Assembly: GCA_038496445.1 (NCBI GenBank)
Contig: JALMLS010000338.1
Span: 1-35,610, forward strand
Reading direction: 5' to 3'
DNA from: Trichosphaerium sp. ATCC 40318
Taxonomy: Eukaryota > Protista > Tubulinea
Length of the DNA stretch: 35,610 nt
The first letter of the stretch is position 1, and every line of letters starts with the position of its first letter. The notes beneath the pieces are model-generated. The model was given only the letters and a program-made list of their open reading frames with translations. It was not told the origin of the DNA and did not search any database. The position numbers and the translations under genes were made by a program. Shown piece by piece: positions 1 to 13,627 of this stretch.

Positions 1-2220
1 AACGAAGGACCAACCACGCTTATTCTCAATTCTACCGGATTAACTTTTCATACAAATGGCGTTAACCAACTTAATACTAGTATAAATATCTACGGTAAGT
101 TTGACAATGCTGTTGAGAATGTTGCTAAATGTTTTGTTTAGGATTGTCTATCAATACAGAAGTATCATGCGCATCTATTAGTACACAGGTGAAAGGTTAT
201 CAAAACATAAGTATCTCGCTATCAGTATTCACAAACCGTGGTTGTAGATTCATCTTGATGGACTTTGCAAATGTTACTATTGAGTGCGTACCTTACACGT
301 GTTTGTACTTTCAATTTACGATTTCTTAGAAGCATAACAGTTACAGGCAATAGAGTGTCTCTGAACGTAATTGAAAGGTAACGTGTTGTATTTCTATATT
401 CCTTCTAAACATGAAAATAGTCGCAATGTTGCTGTACACAATTCAGTTTTTCAAGAGATGGAAGACTTTTCAAGATTTGGAGAGCCTTTGGGATTATGGA
501 TTGAAACAGCCGATACAGTATCTGTCAATGGCTGTGGCTTTGCAGTTAATAACAGAAGAGGATCTCGTCTGTCATCGTTGCAAGGGAAAGGTAATACTCG
601 GCAAACATTGTAATTTGTGATCACATAATTGTTGAACATAGGAATGGTTGCTACGTTCATCAGTGTTGACAAGGTGCGCATGTGAACTTAGGTTTCTATA
701 ATCTGATCTTATTTTAAGGTTATAATTGCTTCTTGCTTCTTTGCAACCAATTCAGTTGTTGCAACAGATTGTACTCCTCAATACTGAAACTTATTCCGAA
801 CTAATTTGTTTGCAGCAACAAATATACAACCCACATCAGTAGTATACATAAATTCAACTGATGTACAGCTATTCAGCACATCATTTATTGGGAATAGTGT
901 GCAAGAAAGCAACGCAACAGAGGACAGATGTTTCGGTACACGTGCACTAGCCAAGCGTCATATTAATCTCCTGTAGCTGGAGCTTTGGTTTTTGTCGGTG
1001 GATCTGCAGTGATAGATTCTTGTGTATTTGAGAATAATACATGCGTGTAACGTTCTCCTTAATTTTACTAGCAGACATCTGATTCCTGCTTAGCAAAATA
1101 CAAAATGATACAAGAACTATAAACTCTCCTGCATTGATTGGGTCTTCTATGAACATTACAATTCGGTAAACTACTTCTACGCATCAAGCATACTAAATTT
1201 CGTGTTTAGAAATACAACAACGTTTGAAAAAACCATCAACGATGGTATTGTAATTGTACACGGAATTGTATTGTACTAATTTATCAAATAGATACTGGAA
1301 GCGTTTTTGACTGTCCTTCAACACCAACCAATTTCACATGTGGCTACTCTGATATCACCACGTATTTTGTAGATTGCCAAACTAATGGTACACAGTATTT
1401 TGTATTTGCTCTTACAGTGTTGAATAGTTACTTGCGAAGGCAAAACTTTCATTCCTACAACAATGCCACCAACTGCTCCTACATTAACACCAACTGTTGA
1501 ACCGACAACCACACCAACATTCGAACCAACAACTGTATCACCTACAGCCGCACCAACAGTGGGTAGTCTACCACCTGAAATAGTGTTGTCTAGTCGTTTA
1601 ATAATAAATGGTGACTTTGTTAACTCAGAGATAGCAACAATTACTCCAGGAGGCTTTCTTCAAGTTGAAGGTATGTCTTGTATCACAAGTTATTTAGAAC
1701 ACGTTTATTGGATAATCCAATGTTTAGGATGTATTGTAATACCATCGAATACAACGTTCATCATTGACCTCACACGTGATAACACAACAGGTGTTGGTGA
1801 GACAAGAAGAGAAGTAATACGAAGCAATAGCAACTGTATCAATGGTACTTTTACATTAGTATCACCAGAATGTGTATTGGCGAGAATTGAGCAGACTCTC
1901 TCATCGTATGCTTCATTAACCTTTACATACCAAACTCCTTACTTTTGCATCTAGCATATTTGTAATTACATCAATGTCTGATAGTTGTGATGCTGCATCC
2001 GGAACAGCCTATATTGGTATTGTTTTAGGGGTTATATTTGGTATTCTTTTTCTGGTATGTCTCCTTATTGCTTTATCGCAGTATTTTTCGCACAACTTAA
2101 TTTCTATGGTAGATTGCTGCAGCTCTGATTATTGCTTTCTTTGTACCTAAGTCGAGGCATGCTATTTTCCCTTATACTTTACGAACCAAGGAACTAGAAG
2201 TCTCTTCTGCTCCAAGCTAA
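1..2220 (+). CDS. Surface glycoprotein family copy 1 (5' end outside window; exons 2-16, apparently intact)
   Basis: Manual splicing at GT-AG introns gives a continuous frame from NEGPTTLILNSTGL through LGLWIETADTVSV, a PT-rich stalk (1463-1560), GCIVIPSNTTFIIDL and the TM GIVLGVIFGILFLIAAALIIAFFV to PKSRHAIFPYTLRTKELEVSSAPS*, TAA at 2218-2220. Confidence 0.85.
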
Positions 2221-2744
2221 TACTGTAACAACATACTGTCATATCTGAGAATAAGTTTGTTACTCACAGTGCAATTTATTTGTTTAGCCTTGTCAAGAGA
2301 AGGCTGAGGTCAAGCCTCAAAATTTCAGCAACATAATTACGAAAGCGTAACCCACGTGATTAAAAAACCCAATGATCGTTTTGTTTATTTAAGTACAAGC
2401 ATGCTTGTGCATGACTACAGTTTTCTATATGTGGAATTTTTTCTTGTAACCATTAAAGGCTAGGACTGTCCAAATAGCTGTAACATAAAGAATAGGGTTT
2501 AAATATGCGTGGTAGAATATAATTGAGGGAGTTTAGGGAGTTTTACCTTTTTATTGCCGTTTTGTTTTAAACAGCGTTTTGTAGAAACCTACACACTCTC
2601 TACGCGTAAGCAGCGGCGTCTAGAGTATTGTTGCTTGATTTTAGATAGCAATCTACATTTTCAGCCTAAAACTGTTGTACAGTGTATGTAACTTCTGTTC
2701 CCATATAAACGGAGCTTGTTATACGATTGGCGAGACTGAGGCAT

Positions 2745-3150
2745 CATGAGCAAGTGCTCAAGGAGCACAAGCTGATAAAAACCAACAATACACAGTTAGC
2801 GTACATATTTATGATACCAAATATGATACAGGATATCGTATTTCTCAAACTCAGCAACAAGCTTTTGTATGTGTGATTCTTTACCCTGACGCCAAGATAG
2901 AACAAACGAATCTAGAAAAAAATGTTACAAAAAAAGAATATTGTGAGATTAAAATAACTAACATTGACGTAATAAGTTTGCTATGGTATGCAGTGACCAA
3001 TCGTGATATCAGCATCTGTACTCTTCAGCTTTTTTGCCATAATATCGACGACTAACAGTACATTAACAATAAAAGAAAATCTAGAAAACCCAAAATGGGT
3101 TTCTTCAAGTAGTTCAACATGGCAAGTTTCCATAATACTTTCCGGTAAAG
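2745..3150 (+). pseudogene. Possible degraded intron-containing gene fragment, product unknown
   Basis: Short coding-like segments (QQYTVSVHIYDTKYDTGYRISQ; KKEYCEIKITNID; TLTIKENLENPKWVSSSSSTWQVSII) are separated by GT..AG-like spacers. No intact frame or recognisable motif. Confidence 0.2.
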
Positions 3151-3254
3151 CCCACATTTTAATGTGAGTGATCTGTAATTTCAACCAGTGACGTTCTTTT
3201 GACGTGCGGATTGTTCACGTTCAAATACTTTACTTTTGGTACACAAAAGAGTGT

Positions 3255-3448
3255 TATAATTTATCCGCTAAATGTCGTGATAAAGCCTCTGGGCAGTTAA
3301 AAGCAAATGAGAGGTGACAAAAACATATTGCACATTTTAATTTTATTTTGATAATAGTTTTGGAAAGCATCACGTGCGTTTCAAAAAGAAATTTACCGTA
3401 TAAAAAACGCTTCATTACGCCAAATAATGCTTATTCCTGCTGTAGTAA
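3255..3448 (+). promoter_or_regulatory. Conserved upstream region of the surface protein family (CACGTG at 3371-3376)
   Basis: TGGAAAGCATCACGTGCGTTT and TTACGCCAAATAATGCTTATTCCT are shared with 23840-24050 and 29030-29232, each directly upstream of a signal-peptide ATG. Confidence 0.6.
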
Positions 3449-3555
3449 ATGATTTTGCGTTATTTCTGTACTTTCTTTTTCTTTTTTGTCCTTGCCGCAC
3501 TACACCTTAAAAAAACCCTTTTACGCGCCAATAATACTTATGCTTGCTGTAGGTA

Positions 3556-5969
3556 ATGAGTTTGTATTTCTGTGCTGCCTTTTTGTTTTTAACTCTTGCC
3601 GCACGTACCCACGGTAACACAAGTACGAATATTATTCATCGCGATAGTGCGATTGCGATATGACGCGACAAGGTTTGTTAATTTTTATGTCTTAGTTGTA
3701 ACTTCAAGTGACCACGTTTGTGGCACTGATATGGAGTGCTACTTGAACGAAGGGCCAACCACGCTTATTCTCAATTCTACTGGATTAAATTTTCCTAGCA
3801 GCATGTTTCAAGCCCAACTTTCCGAAAGTATAGATATTTATGGTATGTTGGCGCTGTTGAAAGGTTCTGTAACAAATTATTTAGCGTTAAGTAAAGGCAT
3901 AACTGTTTCGTGCGCAATTCAAACACTTGAACAGGAGCAGGCGGTGAACGGGAATAACAACATTTGCATCTCGTTATCAGGCTTTACGTTTGATGATTGT
4001 AAAATCCGATTGAGCGAGTTCACAAATGTAACTGTAGAGTACATTCATTACAAGTCTAGTTTATCGATCAATTGACTATTGCGTAGGAATATGGTAGTTA
4101 CAGGCAATGAGAGTTCTATTCAAATATTTGACAGGTACACGTGATTTGTTTCGATTTTGTCACAATTAATGAGAAATATAGCCAAAATGTTGCTGTTCGC
4201 AATTCACTTTTCCATGAACTGTTCGATGAGACAGGATTTGCCCATCCTTTGGGATTATGGATTGAAACAGTCGAAACAGTTTCTGTGAATAATTGTCATT
4301 TTCAACATAATTTTAGGGGAGGGCTTTTTGTCGATAGAATGACAGGGAGAGGTAATATTCGATTCCCTTATTTTGTTTGATCGTAACTATTTACACATAG
4401 GAATTGTTGCTACATTCAGAGCTGTTGATAGAGTAATTTGTGACTTTGTACAACAGGCTAAATATTTACACATGCATTTATTTAGGTTACAATCAACTCT
4501 TGTTTGTTCAAAAACAATTACGTACTTGCAAACCGTTCTGGTATGCAGATCGTAGTCCTCATATATTCTCATTTGTATATAGCAAACTCTGATTACTATA
4601 TTTCAGTACTATACGCAAATTCAATTGATGTACAGATATTGAACTCAACTTTCATTGATAATACTGTGGAAGAAGAAATACCAAGAATCGAGGACAGATG
4701 TACTGGTACACATGTTCTAGCCAAGTATCATATTAATTGCTGGTTATAGTTAGCTCATTGGTCTTGCGTGGTCTATCAAACAGTGGATCAGCAGTGATAG
4801 ATTCTTGTGTATTCGAGAATATTACATGCGTGTAACGTTCTGCCTAAATATAATAGTAAATACCTGATTCAACTTCTAGAAAAAATAATTCAATAACTAT
4901 AACATCCCCTGCATTGATCGGGTCTTCCATGGACATTACAATCAGGTACACTAACTAATATGTTATTTCCAACACAGTAAAAATACTAAATGTCATGTTT
5001 AGAAATACAACAACATTCGAAAACAGCCTCAACATTAGTAATGCACAAGCAATTGTATTGTACTAATTTATCAAATAGATACTGGAAGCGTTTTTGATTG
5101 TCCTTCAACACCAACAAATCTTACATGTGGCTACTCTGATATCACCACATATTTTGTAGATTGTCAAACTAATGGTACACAGTATTATGTATTTACTCAC
5201 TTACAGTGTTGAATAGTTACTTGTGAAGGCAAAACTTTCATTCCTCCAACAATACCACCAACCACAATATCGCCTACAACTGCACCAACAGTTGAACCAA
5301 CAACTGTATCACCTACAGTTGGTAGTCTACCACCTGAAATAGTGTTGTCTAGTCCTTTGACAATAAATGGTGACTTTGTAAACTCAGAGATAGCAACAAT
5401 TGTTCCAGGAGGCTTTCTTCAAGTTGAAGGTATGTCTTTTATCACAAGGTATTTAGAACACGTTTATTGGATAATCCAATGTTTAGGATGTATTGTGATA
5501 CCATCAAATACAACGTTCATCATTGACTTCACAAGTGATAATAACAACAAGTGTTGGCGAGACAAGAAGAGAAGTAATACGAAGCAACAGCAACTGTATC
5601 AATGGTACTTTTACATTAGTATCACCAGAATGTGTATTGGCGAGAATTGAGCAGACTCTTTCATCGTATGCTTTTTATCTTTGCACTGATATCTAACTTG
5701 TGTTAGTGTAATTGTGATCACATCAAGATCTGATAGTTGTGATGATGGAGCATCAGCATCAGTAAATATTGGTTTGGTGTTAGGTGTCACATTAGGCATT
5801 CTTGTGTTTGTATGATTTCTTTTTCCTTGTTTTCATTTATTTTTTCCAAACTAAATTTGTATGGTAGATTGCTGTTGGTCTGATTATTGCTTTCTTTGTA
5901 CCTAAGTTGAGACAAGCCATTTTCCCTTATACTTTAACAACCAAGGAAGTACGAATATCTTCTGTTTGA
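3556..5969 (+). pseudogene. Surface glycoprotein family copy 2, full length with one +1 frameshift near 5545
   Basis: Signal peptide MSLYFCAAFLFLTLAARTHG from ATG 3556; 16 exons collinear with copy 5; canonical stop TGA 5967-5969. GATAATAACAACAAGTGTT, versus GATAATAACACAAGTGTT in copies 3 and 4, shifts the frame to ...ITRMCIGEN* (5650) before the TM exons. Confidence 0.8.
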
Positions 5970-6589
5970 ACCTAACAGTAAATACTTACCATCAATCATT
6001 CAAGTTAACTTAAAGTGACTTTTTGCAAGTTTTTGTCAATCCTAGATCAATGTGTTTGTAAATTAATGGGTTTTTGTGTTGTCTATACAGACAAGCTTAC
6101 AGAACTTGCAAATATCACATTTGCACTGTCACGTGGTAATTTGTTGCGAATCCAACCGTTTTTTCAAACCCACGTAACAAATAAACTAACAATGGAATTT
6201 ATGCGAAAGTTTGGTAAGTGGCGAAGAGCTCGGCTGTATATAGCTATCTTGTGGAAACTCCGTTTTAACTGCTCACAGTCTTTAACTATTGTAGAGCGTC
6301 CAAAACCATTCAGAAGAGAGGAAAACCAGTAGCCTCATTTTCATCCAAAAATAAGGCAAAAAACATAGTCCTATAGCTCTAAGAACAAAATCACTTGTAA
6401 ATGAAGTTATGTCCTTGCACTAAATATTTAGAAACAACCAAACATGTCCAGTTATATTGATTTTACCATGTATCGCAAAACAGTTGACCACGTTAAGGAT
6501 GCTCATGAACAGAGGTGTTACCACATATGTTAGAAATGTGTTCCTTGACACAGAAACGTTAGAAATTTTGTACCGTCAACAACAACAAT

Positions 6590-7510
6590 CAGAGGTCAAG
6601 CCCAGTGGCAGCTTTCAATTTTATTAACCCAATCAATCACTTAATCACCACCTTAGTGTACAAGACGCACAAACACCCAAACCCAAATCACACAACCCCA
6701 TAGCTGCATCCATTCTACAAAACCTCAATCTCCAAATAACATATCAACAATAACAATGTCAAAAACGATGAACACATACGATATAAGATTAACAAAATAA
6801 CCTTCGAAAACTAATGCCACCAAGCCATAGGTTTTAACCTCATTGCCAGACGGCTCAGTAACAAACAAAAGAGCTATTTCGGAATAGTTCTCAACCAATC
6901 TTCAAGTTTAACAACACAGTTCTCTTCAACCACTCCTACATCAGCCATCCCATCCTTGGAATTGAAAACTGGCCGCCCTACCCCTAAAACAAAAACTCAA
7001 AGTTGAGCGTGCACATACCCTAAATCGCAAACACCAACAACTCCAATCAGCGCTAACCAAATTTTAATGGATTCTGGTAGGCTTGAAGAGGTCCTTTGGA
7101 TATGCTATTAGTCAACCAACCCAAATACCCAGCCGCCCTCTGTACCTTATGCAAAGAACAACATATCTATTATAGAAGGCTTCGAGCACATATGCAGTTG
7201 CCAACATAACACTAAAAATTGATGCCAAATTACACAAACCGCATCATACGCAAACTCTTAACAAAATAGAGGATATAGAGCAATTTAGTACTCACAGGTG
7301 GTTTCAATCTACAATGACAAATGGCATCTAAAAGGAAAACCAAACCAACTAACAACCTCGTCGAACTAACAAAATAGGTAATGCAGATATCCAAACATAA
7401 AGACTACACATATAACACCATGGTACCTCACACAAAAATAAAAAATCCAACCTACCTTCCGTGGCTCCAAGGATTTGTCACCTCTGAACTTTTACAACAA
7501 CTCCGAAAAC
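6590..7510 (+). mobile_element. Degenerate non-LTR retrotransposon ORF2 fragment (RNase H-like and C-terminal region)
   Basis: Strong C/A-rich sense-strand skew. Broken motifs PDGSVTNK..SYFGIV (~6846-6890, RNase H TDGS-like), LKVERAHT (~6996-7020, KV-x-AH-like) and LPWLQGFV (~7455-7478), with many stops and frameshifts. Confidence 0.45.
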
Positions 7511-7803
7511 TACACTGAAAATAAAGTGTGATGTGTTCTGAGTGATTGTGGTGAACACTTTTGTTGGTAACCGCCTACTGCGTTATCTTGAGCGTATTGC
7601 CTGTCTCATTCAAGCTTTACTTTTATTAGAAAGTGAGTTTTTAGAACTTTAGCATATCCATGACTTTTGTCAAATTCAATGTTCAATAGACCACGGCATG
7701 ATTGCAGTATTTTACCTATGTACTGTACACGGTATGATCAAACCAACAAGTGTTCAATGAGCTGAAAGCGAATTAAAAAGCAATGATAACCTTCAAAGGT
7801 ATC

Positions 7804-7831
7804 ACATTACCGCCAAACATTACCGCCAAAC
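7804..7831. repeat. 13-bp tandem duplication ACATTACCGCCAA x2
   Basis: Directly visible as acattaccgccaa acattaccgccaa ac. Confidence 0.85.
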
Positions 7832-8562
7832 ACTGTTTGCTCTATGTTTGCTTCAAAAATCAATGTACGTTTATATAACTTACTAGCGCTACACTAACGC
7901 CTACTCCATGCTAACGAAAGCCATCTCGCAGCATACAAACAGAAGCCAGCTTAGTATAATATTAAAACCTCCCAAAACACTACCAACGTTGCTGTAGCTT
8001 TGTAAACGCAGCTGGGTCAACTATGTAAATAAAATTGTGCTGCGTGTTTGTTAAATCACGTGGGGCGAAACGGTTGGATTCGCTAGACCGGCATGAGAGC
8101 AGATCACAGTTAAAACGTGAGATTTGCAAGAATTATCAGATGTGTCAGATCTGACTATCGAAAACTTGAATGAGAACGACAATAGATCAGTCAAATCTCA
8201 AAGTGTACCTGCAGATTTGCGCAGTTTGTTTTTGCTTGCGGCGCACTGCAACCAACCAACTGTTGCTCATACTCGACACATAAACTTCTTGTAGACTTAC
8301 TATCACGTTCTAAAAATGACGAAAAAGCATTTCAAGTGGCATAATAACGCTTTTTAGGAGCATTATCTAGTATATAGAATTGTATATAGCAGATGCTTAT
8401 GGTTTGACAACTTGAAGAACACATTCTACAGCACAGTAGAGATGTAAACAAGTTGCTACAGGTTTTCTGTTGCTTCATTCCATATGCAACGTTGTGGTAT
8501 CAAGCTTTCATTGCAAGTCCTCTTAGCCCAATAAAAATAAAACCAATTTTAAATGGACTCTG

Positions 8563-10432
8563 TTATGTTTTATAGATTCTTGTACATGTTAGTTTGGGAA
8601 TAGAAGCAATTTTTACTTCCTTCGTTGTATTTTCATAGGGGTAAATGGCTTCTCTCAACTTAGGCACAAAGCAAGTGACAATCACAGCTGCAACAATCTA
8701 CAATAGAAATTAACATGAATAATACACAAGAAAGAAATATCATGCGTCATTCGTACCAATACAAGAATACCTAATGTGACACCTAAAACCATACCAATAT
8801 TTGTTGATTCTGTTCCATCATCACAACTATCAGATCGTAATAACAACTATGCTAGCGAAAAAGTAAACATTTGTGCAAAGATAAAAAGCATACGATGAAA
8901 GAGTCTGCTCAATTCTCGCCAATACACATTCTGGTGATACTACCATTGATACAGTTGCTGTTACTTTGTATTACTTCTCTTCTTGTCTCGCCAACACTTG
9001 TGTTATTATCACTTGTGAAGTCAATGATGAACGTTGTATTTGATGGTATCACAATACATCCTAAACATTGGGTTATCCAATAAACGTGTTCTAAATACCT
9101 TGTAATACAAGACATACCTTCAACTTGAAGAAAGCCTCCTGGAGTAATTGTTGCTATCTCTGAGTTAACAAAGTCACCATTTATTATCAAACGACTAGAC
9201 AACACTATTTCAGGTGGTAGACTACCCACTGTTGGTGCAGTTGGTGCAGTCGTAGGCGATATTGTCGGAGCAGTAGTCGGTGATGGTGTTGGAGGAATGA
9301 CTTCACATGTAACTATTTCACAGCTGTCAGCAAGCAAATACAAATAGTGTACCATTAGTTTGACAATCTACAAAATATGTGGTGATAGAAGAGTAGCCGC
9401 ATGTGAAATTTGTTGGTGTTGAAGGACAATCAAAAATGCTTCCAGCGTCTATTCCAGATATCAGTACAATTACTTACCATGACTACATCATACCATTGTT
9501 TTCAAATATTGTGTTTCTAAACACGAAATTTAGTATTCTTGATGCGTAGACAATAATAGTAGTGTACCTTATTGTAATGCTCACAGAAGACCCAATCAAT
9601 ACAGGGGATTGTATTATTGTTGTTAGTTTTCTAAACAAGAATTCAGTTATTGGCTATTACAATTAGGTGGAACGTTACACGCATGTAATATTCTCAAATA
9701 CACAAGAATCTATCACTGCAGATCCGCTGCTTGATACACCGTCCAACACCAATGCTCCAGCTATTACACAATTAATATGTCGCTCGGATAGACCACGTGT
9801 ACCAGTACATCTGTCCTCAAATGGATCAGCTTCTTCCACACTGTTCCCAATAAAAGTAGAGTTTAATACTTTAATATCAACTGAATTTATGTGTACAACT
9901 GAGGTGAAGTATTCGAGTTGTGCTGTTTACCAATAAGTATATATGTGAGACTGGTACATACAGATAGTTCTTGCAACTACATGATTGTCCTCAAACGAAC
10001 AAGAATCGATTACAACCTTAATGATCTTAGCATTTACAAACCAAGTCATAAACGTACTCTATCAACATTGATAAATGTAGCTACAAATCCTATGCTCAAA
10101 GAGTTATAACAGAAACAAGTGATGGCCAAATATTACCTCTACCTGCCATTCTGTTCAGGAGTATTACTCCGTTAAAATTATGATGAAAATGACAATTATT
10201 GACAGAAACTGTTTCGGCTGTTTCAATCCATAATCCCAAAGGCTCACCAAATCCTCTGTCATAGAACAGTTCATGGAAAAGTGAATTGCTTACAGCAACA
10301 TTTCGACTATTTTTCTTATTAAGGGAGCGCCCTTAAATAGAACTAAAACACTTGTACCTTGCAACTACTTGAATAGATCCGTTGTAGCCTGTAACTACCA
10401 TATTCCTAAGCGATCATGTGTAAGTGTCGTAC
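8563..10432 (-). pseudogene. Surface glycoprotein family copy 3, inverted, lacking exons 1-3, with an 11-bp frameshifting deletion at 8940/8941
   Basis: Homologous exons 4-16 on the minus strand (NMVVTG..., GLWIETAETVSV, PT stalk, TM, PKLREAIYPY...; stop at 8563-8565). AATGGTAGTATCACC replaces AATGGTACTTTTACATTAGTATCACC of copies 1, 2 and 5. Confidence 0.8.
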
Positions 10433-11350
10433 ATGATTCATAAACGCTATTTTATTATCCTGTGATTCCCAAAAGTCCAATGGTACAGCGTCTAACGTAA
10501 ATTGTTAGCTGTTATGCTTTTTTAACTAACACGTCGTTTTAAGCGTTGGTTAATCATTAAATAGTCTACGGAGCTGTACACAGGCGTATTTAATCAAACG
10601 TACTGAAAAGCCACTTGTTCCATTTAACATTTGGGTATACATGGGTTAATAGCGTGCGAAAACATCCTTCGTACGTGAATGTAAGTGCCATTTGTAATAT
10701 TTTACAATAAACGTCGTAAAACGATCTAATTTACCTATTTAAAGCACCCCCGCCTAGTTTTACGATATCTTGCCATGAAACGCTATACCAATCGTTGTGT
10801 TTTGTTATACTTAGCCGCTCCTCTACCTGTAGTACGTTAAAACACTATCACCATAAAAAAAAAGCTTGATTACATGTCTAACGAACGCTTTTCGTTCAAC
10901 CTAAACGACAATGCGCGCATTGTAGGTGTTTCATATTCTTGTTTTAGAGTTGTGTCAAGTATTCCAGAATAAGCTGTCTGTTAGAGTAAGAGTAAAAAAA
11001 CGTCATAAAGAATGGAATGGCATGCGAGAAAAAAAAAAAAGCCTGTCGACTTTTTTTTGGTCCATTTTATACCGTCTAAACATCTTAATGGTGGCTTTTG
11101 ACCGCTTGTATTAGTGCATAAACTATGTGTGAACCTCTTTAGAATATGTAGAACTTCAGACATGCAAGTGGTGCTGAACAAGCCAACATTTTTTTGTGAA
11201 ACAATTGTAGAGCTAATTAGCCGGTTTAATTCCGACTTGTTTTCAGGTCTACAGTCACTTATAGCTGAGCCGTTAATTGAACCACTAGTTCTCCGTTTTG
11301 TTAGCCAAACAGATTTGCTTTGAATTGATGTATTTCAACGCAATACAAGC

Positions 11351-13274
11351 ATGGCAGAACCTCGCACTTCGTCAGTTAATTTACAATATGTTAACCGCTT
11401 GGCCACTGGTTTACACCATTCAATGGTAATCGCAGACGATGGCTTTGTTTACACGTGGGGACTAAACGATGAGCGTCAATTGGGTAATACAGACGAATTC
11501 TCGAGTTCTATCGCAAGACCAATAAAATCAGTCATAAATATCGTCTGTATTGCTGCTGGCTGGCTTCATAGCCTTGCAGTTGATTCAAACGGTATTGTGT
11601 ATGCATGGGGCTGGAATTCAAACGGGTCATTGGGTCTGGGTGACTTTGCGTCACCTGTTTCGTCACCAACACGTGTTCCAAATCTCAACAATATCACGAA
11701 AGTCTCTGCCTATTATGTGAGTATGGCGTTATCACATTCAGGTCATGTCTACTCTTGGGGAAACAACTCATATCAAGGATTGGGTCATTCATTCGACAAG
11801 TGGACAGTTTCATCACCAGCGGTTATTCCAAATCTTCGAAATGTTCAAAAAATTCAAACTAATTCGTGTGTAAGTGGAGCAATTACATCAACAGGTCATG
11901 TCTTTCTTTGGGGAACAACAGAAGATGTGTTTCAAACAACAAGAGATGAAGCAGATGATAAATCATTATTCTTGAATCTAAAGACAATTTCATGTGTTCC
12001 AAGTATTGATGATGCCACTGATATTGCCATTGGTGATAGTCATGTACTTGTTCTCCTCAAGTCAGGACAAGTATTTTCTTTTGGATACAACTTGTATGGG
12101 CGTCTTGGGTTGGGTATTGATGATGAGTATGGCCAGGGTATCATCAAAGGACTCAATAACATCAAATCTGTACATGCTGGTGTGTATACATCATTTGCGA
12201 TTGATGATGAAGGTTGTTTGTTTGGTTGGGGTAAAGGGAAATGGATTGATTCGTTTGAATCAAACAAACCATTAAAATTACCTGGAAAATATCTTGAGTT
12301 TGCCAATAAACAATTTTATTACTTGGCAATATCTCATGACTTTCAGTTGGTCACAGGTGGAGGTAATTATTATGGTGAATCAACACAACAAAAGTTAACA
12401 TTCACCAATTATGAAAAGGTACTTTGAAATCTTATTTGTCTTTCTTTTTGTCTGACAATCTACAAGCACTTTAAACCAGCCAATAAAGTAATCACAAAAG
12501 ATAAAAACGATGATGCTGTGAAAGCAATGAATGCAGAGTTAAAAGAAGACAAAAAAGATAAGTACTTGTCAAAAGCTTTGGTTGATCCCAATCGTGATTA
12601 CACCAAGTTTGGAGATGCTCCTGAACACCTTGATATCATTCAAGATGCACTTGAAGCCTTTAAAATACACCAAAATCAAGACAACAACTTCCTCAACATA
12701 AGTCAAAGCCATACAGACTACAATAAGGTATGTTCTAATCAAGTAGTGTAGCTAATAGTGATAAAGAAGTATGACCAACCAAATGATGATAATCGTTCTG
12801 ACAACATACAAAATGATCCAAGAGCAGTAATACCTCAAAATTCATGGATAAATAAACCAAATGTTTCCGTAATTGACAACAAGGTACATCAATATAAAAA
12901 ATGTTTATTTTGTATTAATTAACTGGTTTTTAGAATACCATCAACTTATCTAGTACACCATTTGTTACAACTCATTCAGATGTTGCTAAAGTAAATGTAC
13001 AAGCTACCGTTTTTTTTTTGATTGTACTCACTTCTGTTAGAAGCCGAAACCGTCTGAAAGAACCGTACAATCAAGTGAAAAAATTGAGTGGGTGAGTACT
13101 TTGATATCAGCAGGGTTTGACAAATCAAGAGCACAAAAATTTGGATCCAAACTGAATCGTATGTGCGTTGACTTGAATGATGTCACAGGAAAGGTTATGA
13201 AAAGGCTTGGATTCACTGTACTTGAGCGTCTTGACTTTATTGAGTACCAAGACAAACAATTGAACGTTCAATAA
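11351..13274 (+). CDS. RCC1/BLIP-II repeat beta-propeller protein with low-complexity linker and SAM-like C-terminus (~578 aa, 5 exons)
   Basis: Repeated RCC1 motifs (G-x-V-Y-x-W-G-x-N-x-x-G-x-L-G; IAAGWLHSLA; IAIGDSHVL). Exons 11351-12418, 12467-12727, 12767-12883, 12934-12990 and 13041-13274 are joined by phase-0 GT-AG introns and keep an open frame to TAA 13274. The SAM-like call is an inference from EWVSTLISAGF...MKRLGFTVLER. Confidence 0.85.
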
Positions 13275-13627
13275 ACTTTCCTTTAGTTAGTATCAAATGT
13301 GTAGCGACATTATTGTGGCGTTTAATTAACATCAAAATTTGTAATACATGACATGGAAGAGTTTAAATACATTAAATCACGTAGATAAGGCATGATAACA
13401 AATGACATTAGAACGTGGGAAGGATGGTACAACAACAACAAAAGCGAAGGTGAGTTTTAGGAGAAAGAAAAGGAGAGACTCTATTTGTGAATAACTATAA
13501 GAACGAGTCTTGATGGTAAATACACGATACATAGAGATATTTGGACATACAGCGAGGAAGAAGTCCTTCAAGGTCAGTACAAGCAAGACATTTTAGTATT
13601 CAAGCAATAGTATTGCTGTAAAGTTGA

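Noticed and set aside
129-5650. Numerous short ORFs as separate small genes or a prokaryotic operon
   Set aside because: They are exons plus intron read-through of spliced eukaryotic genes.
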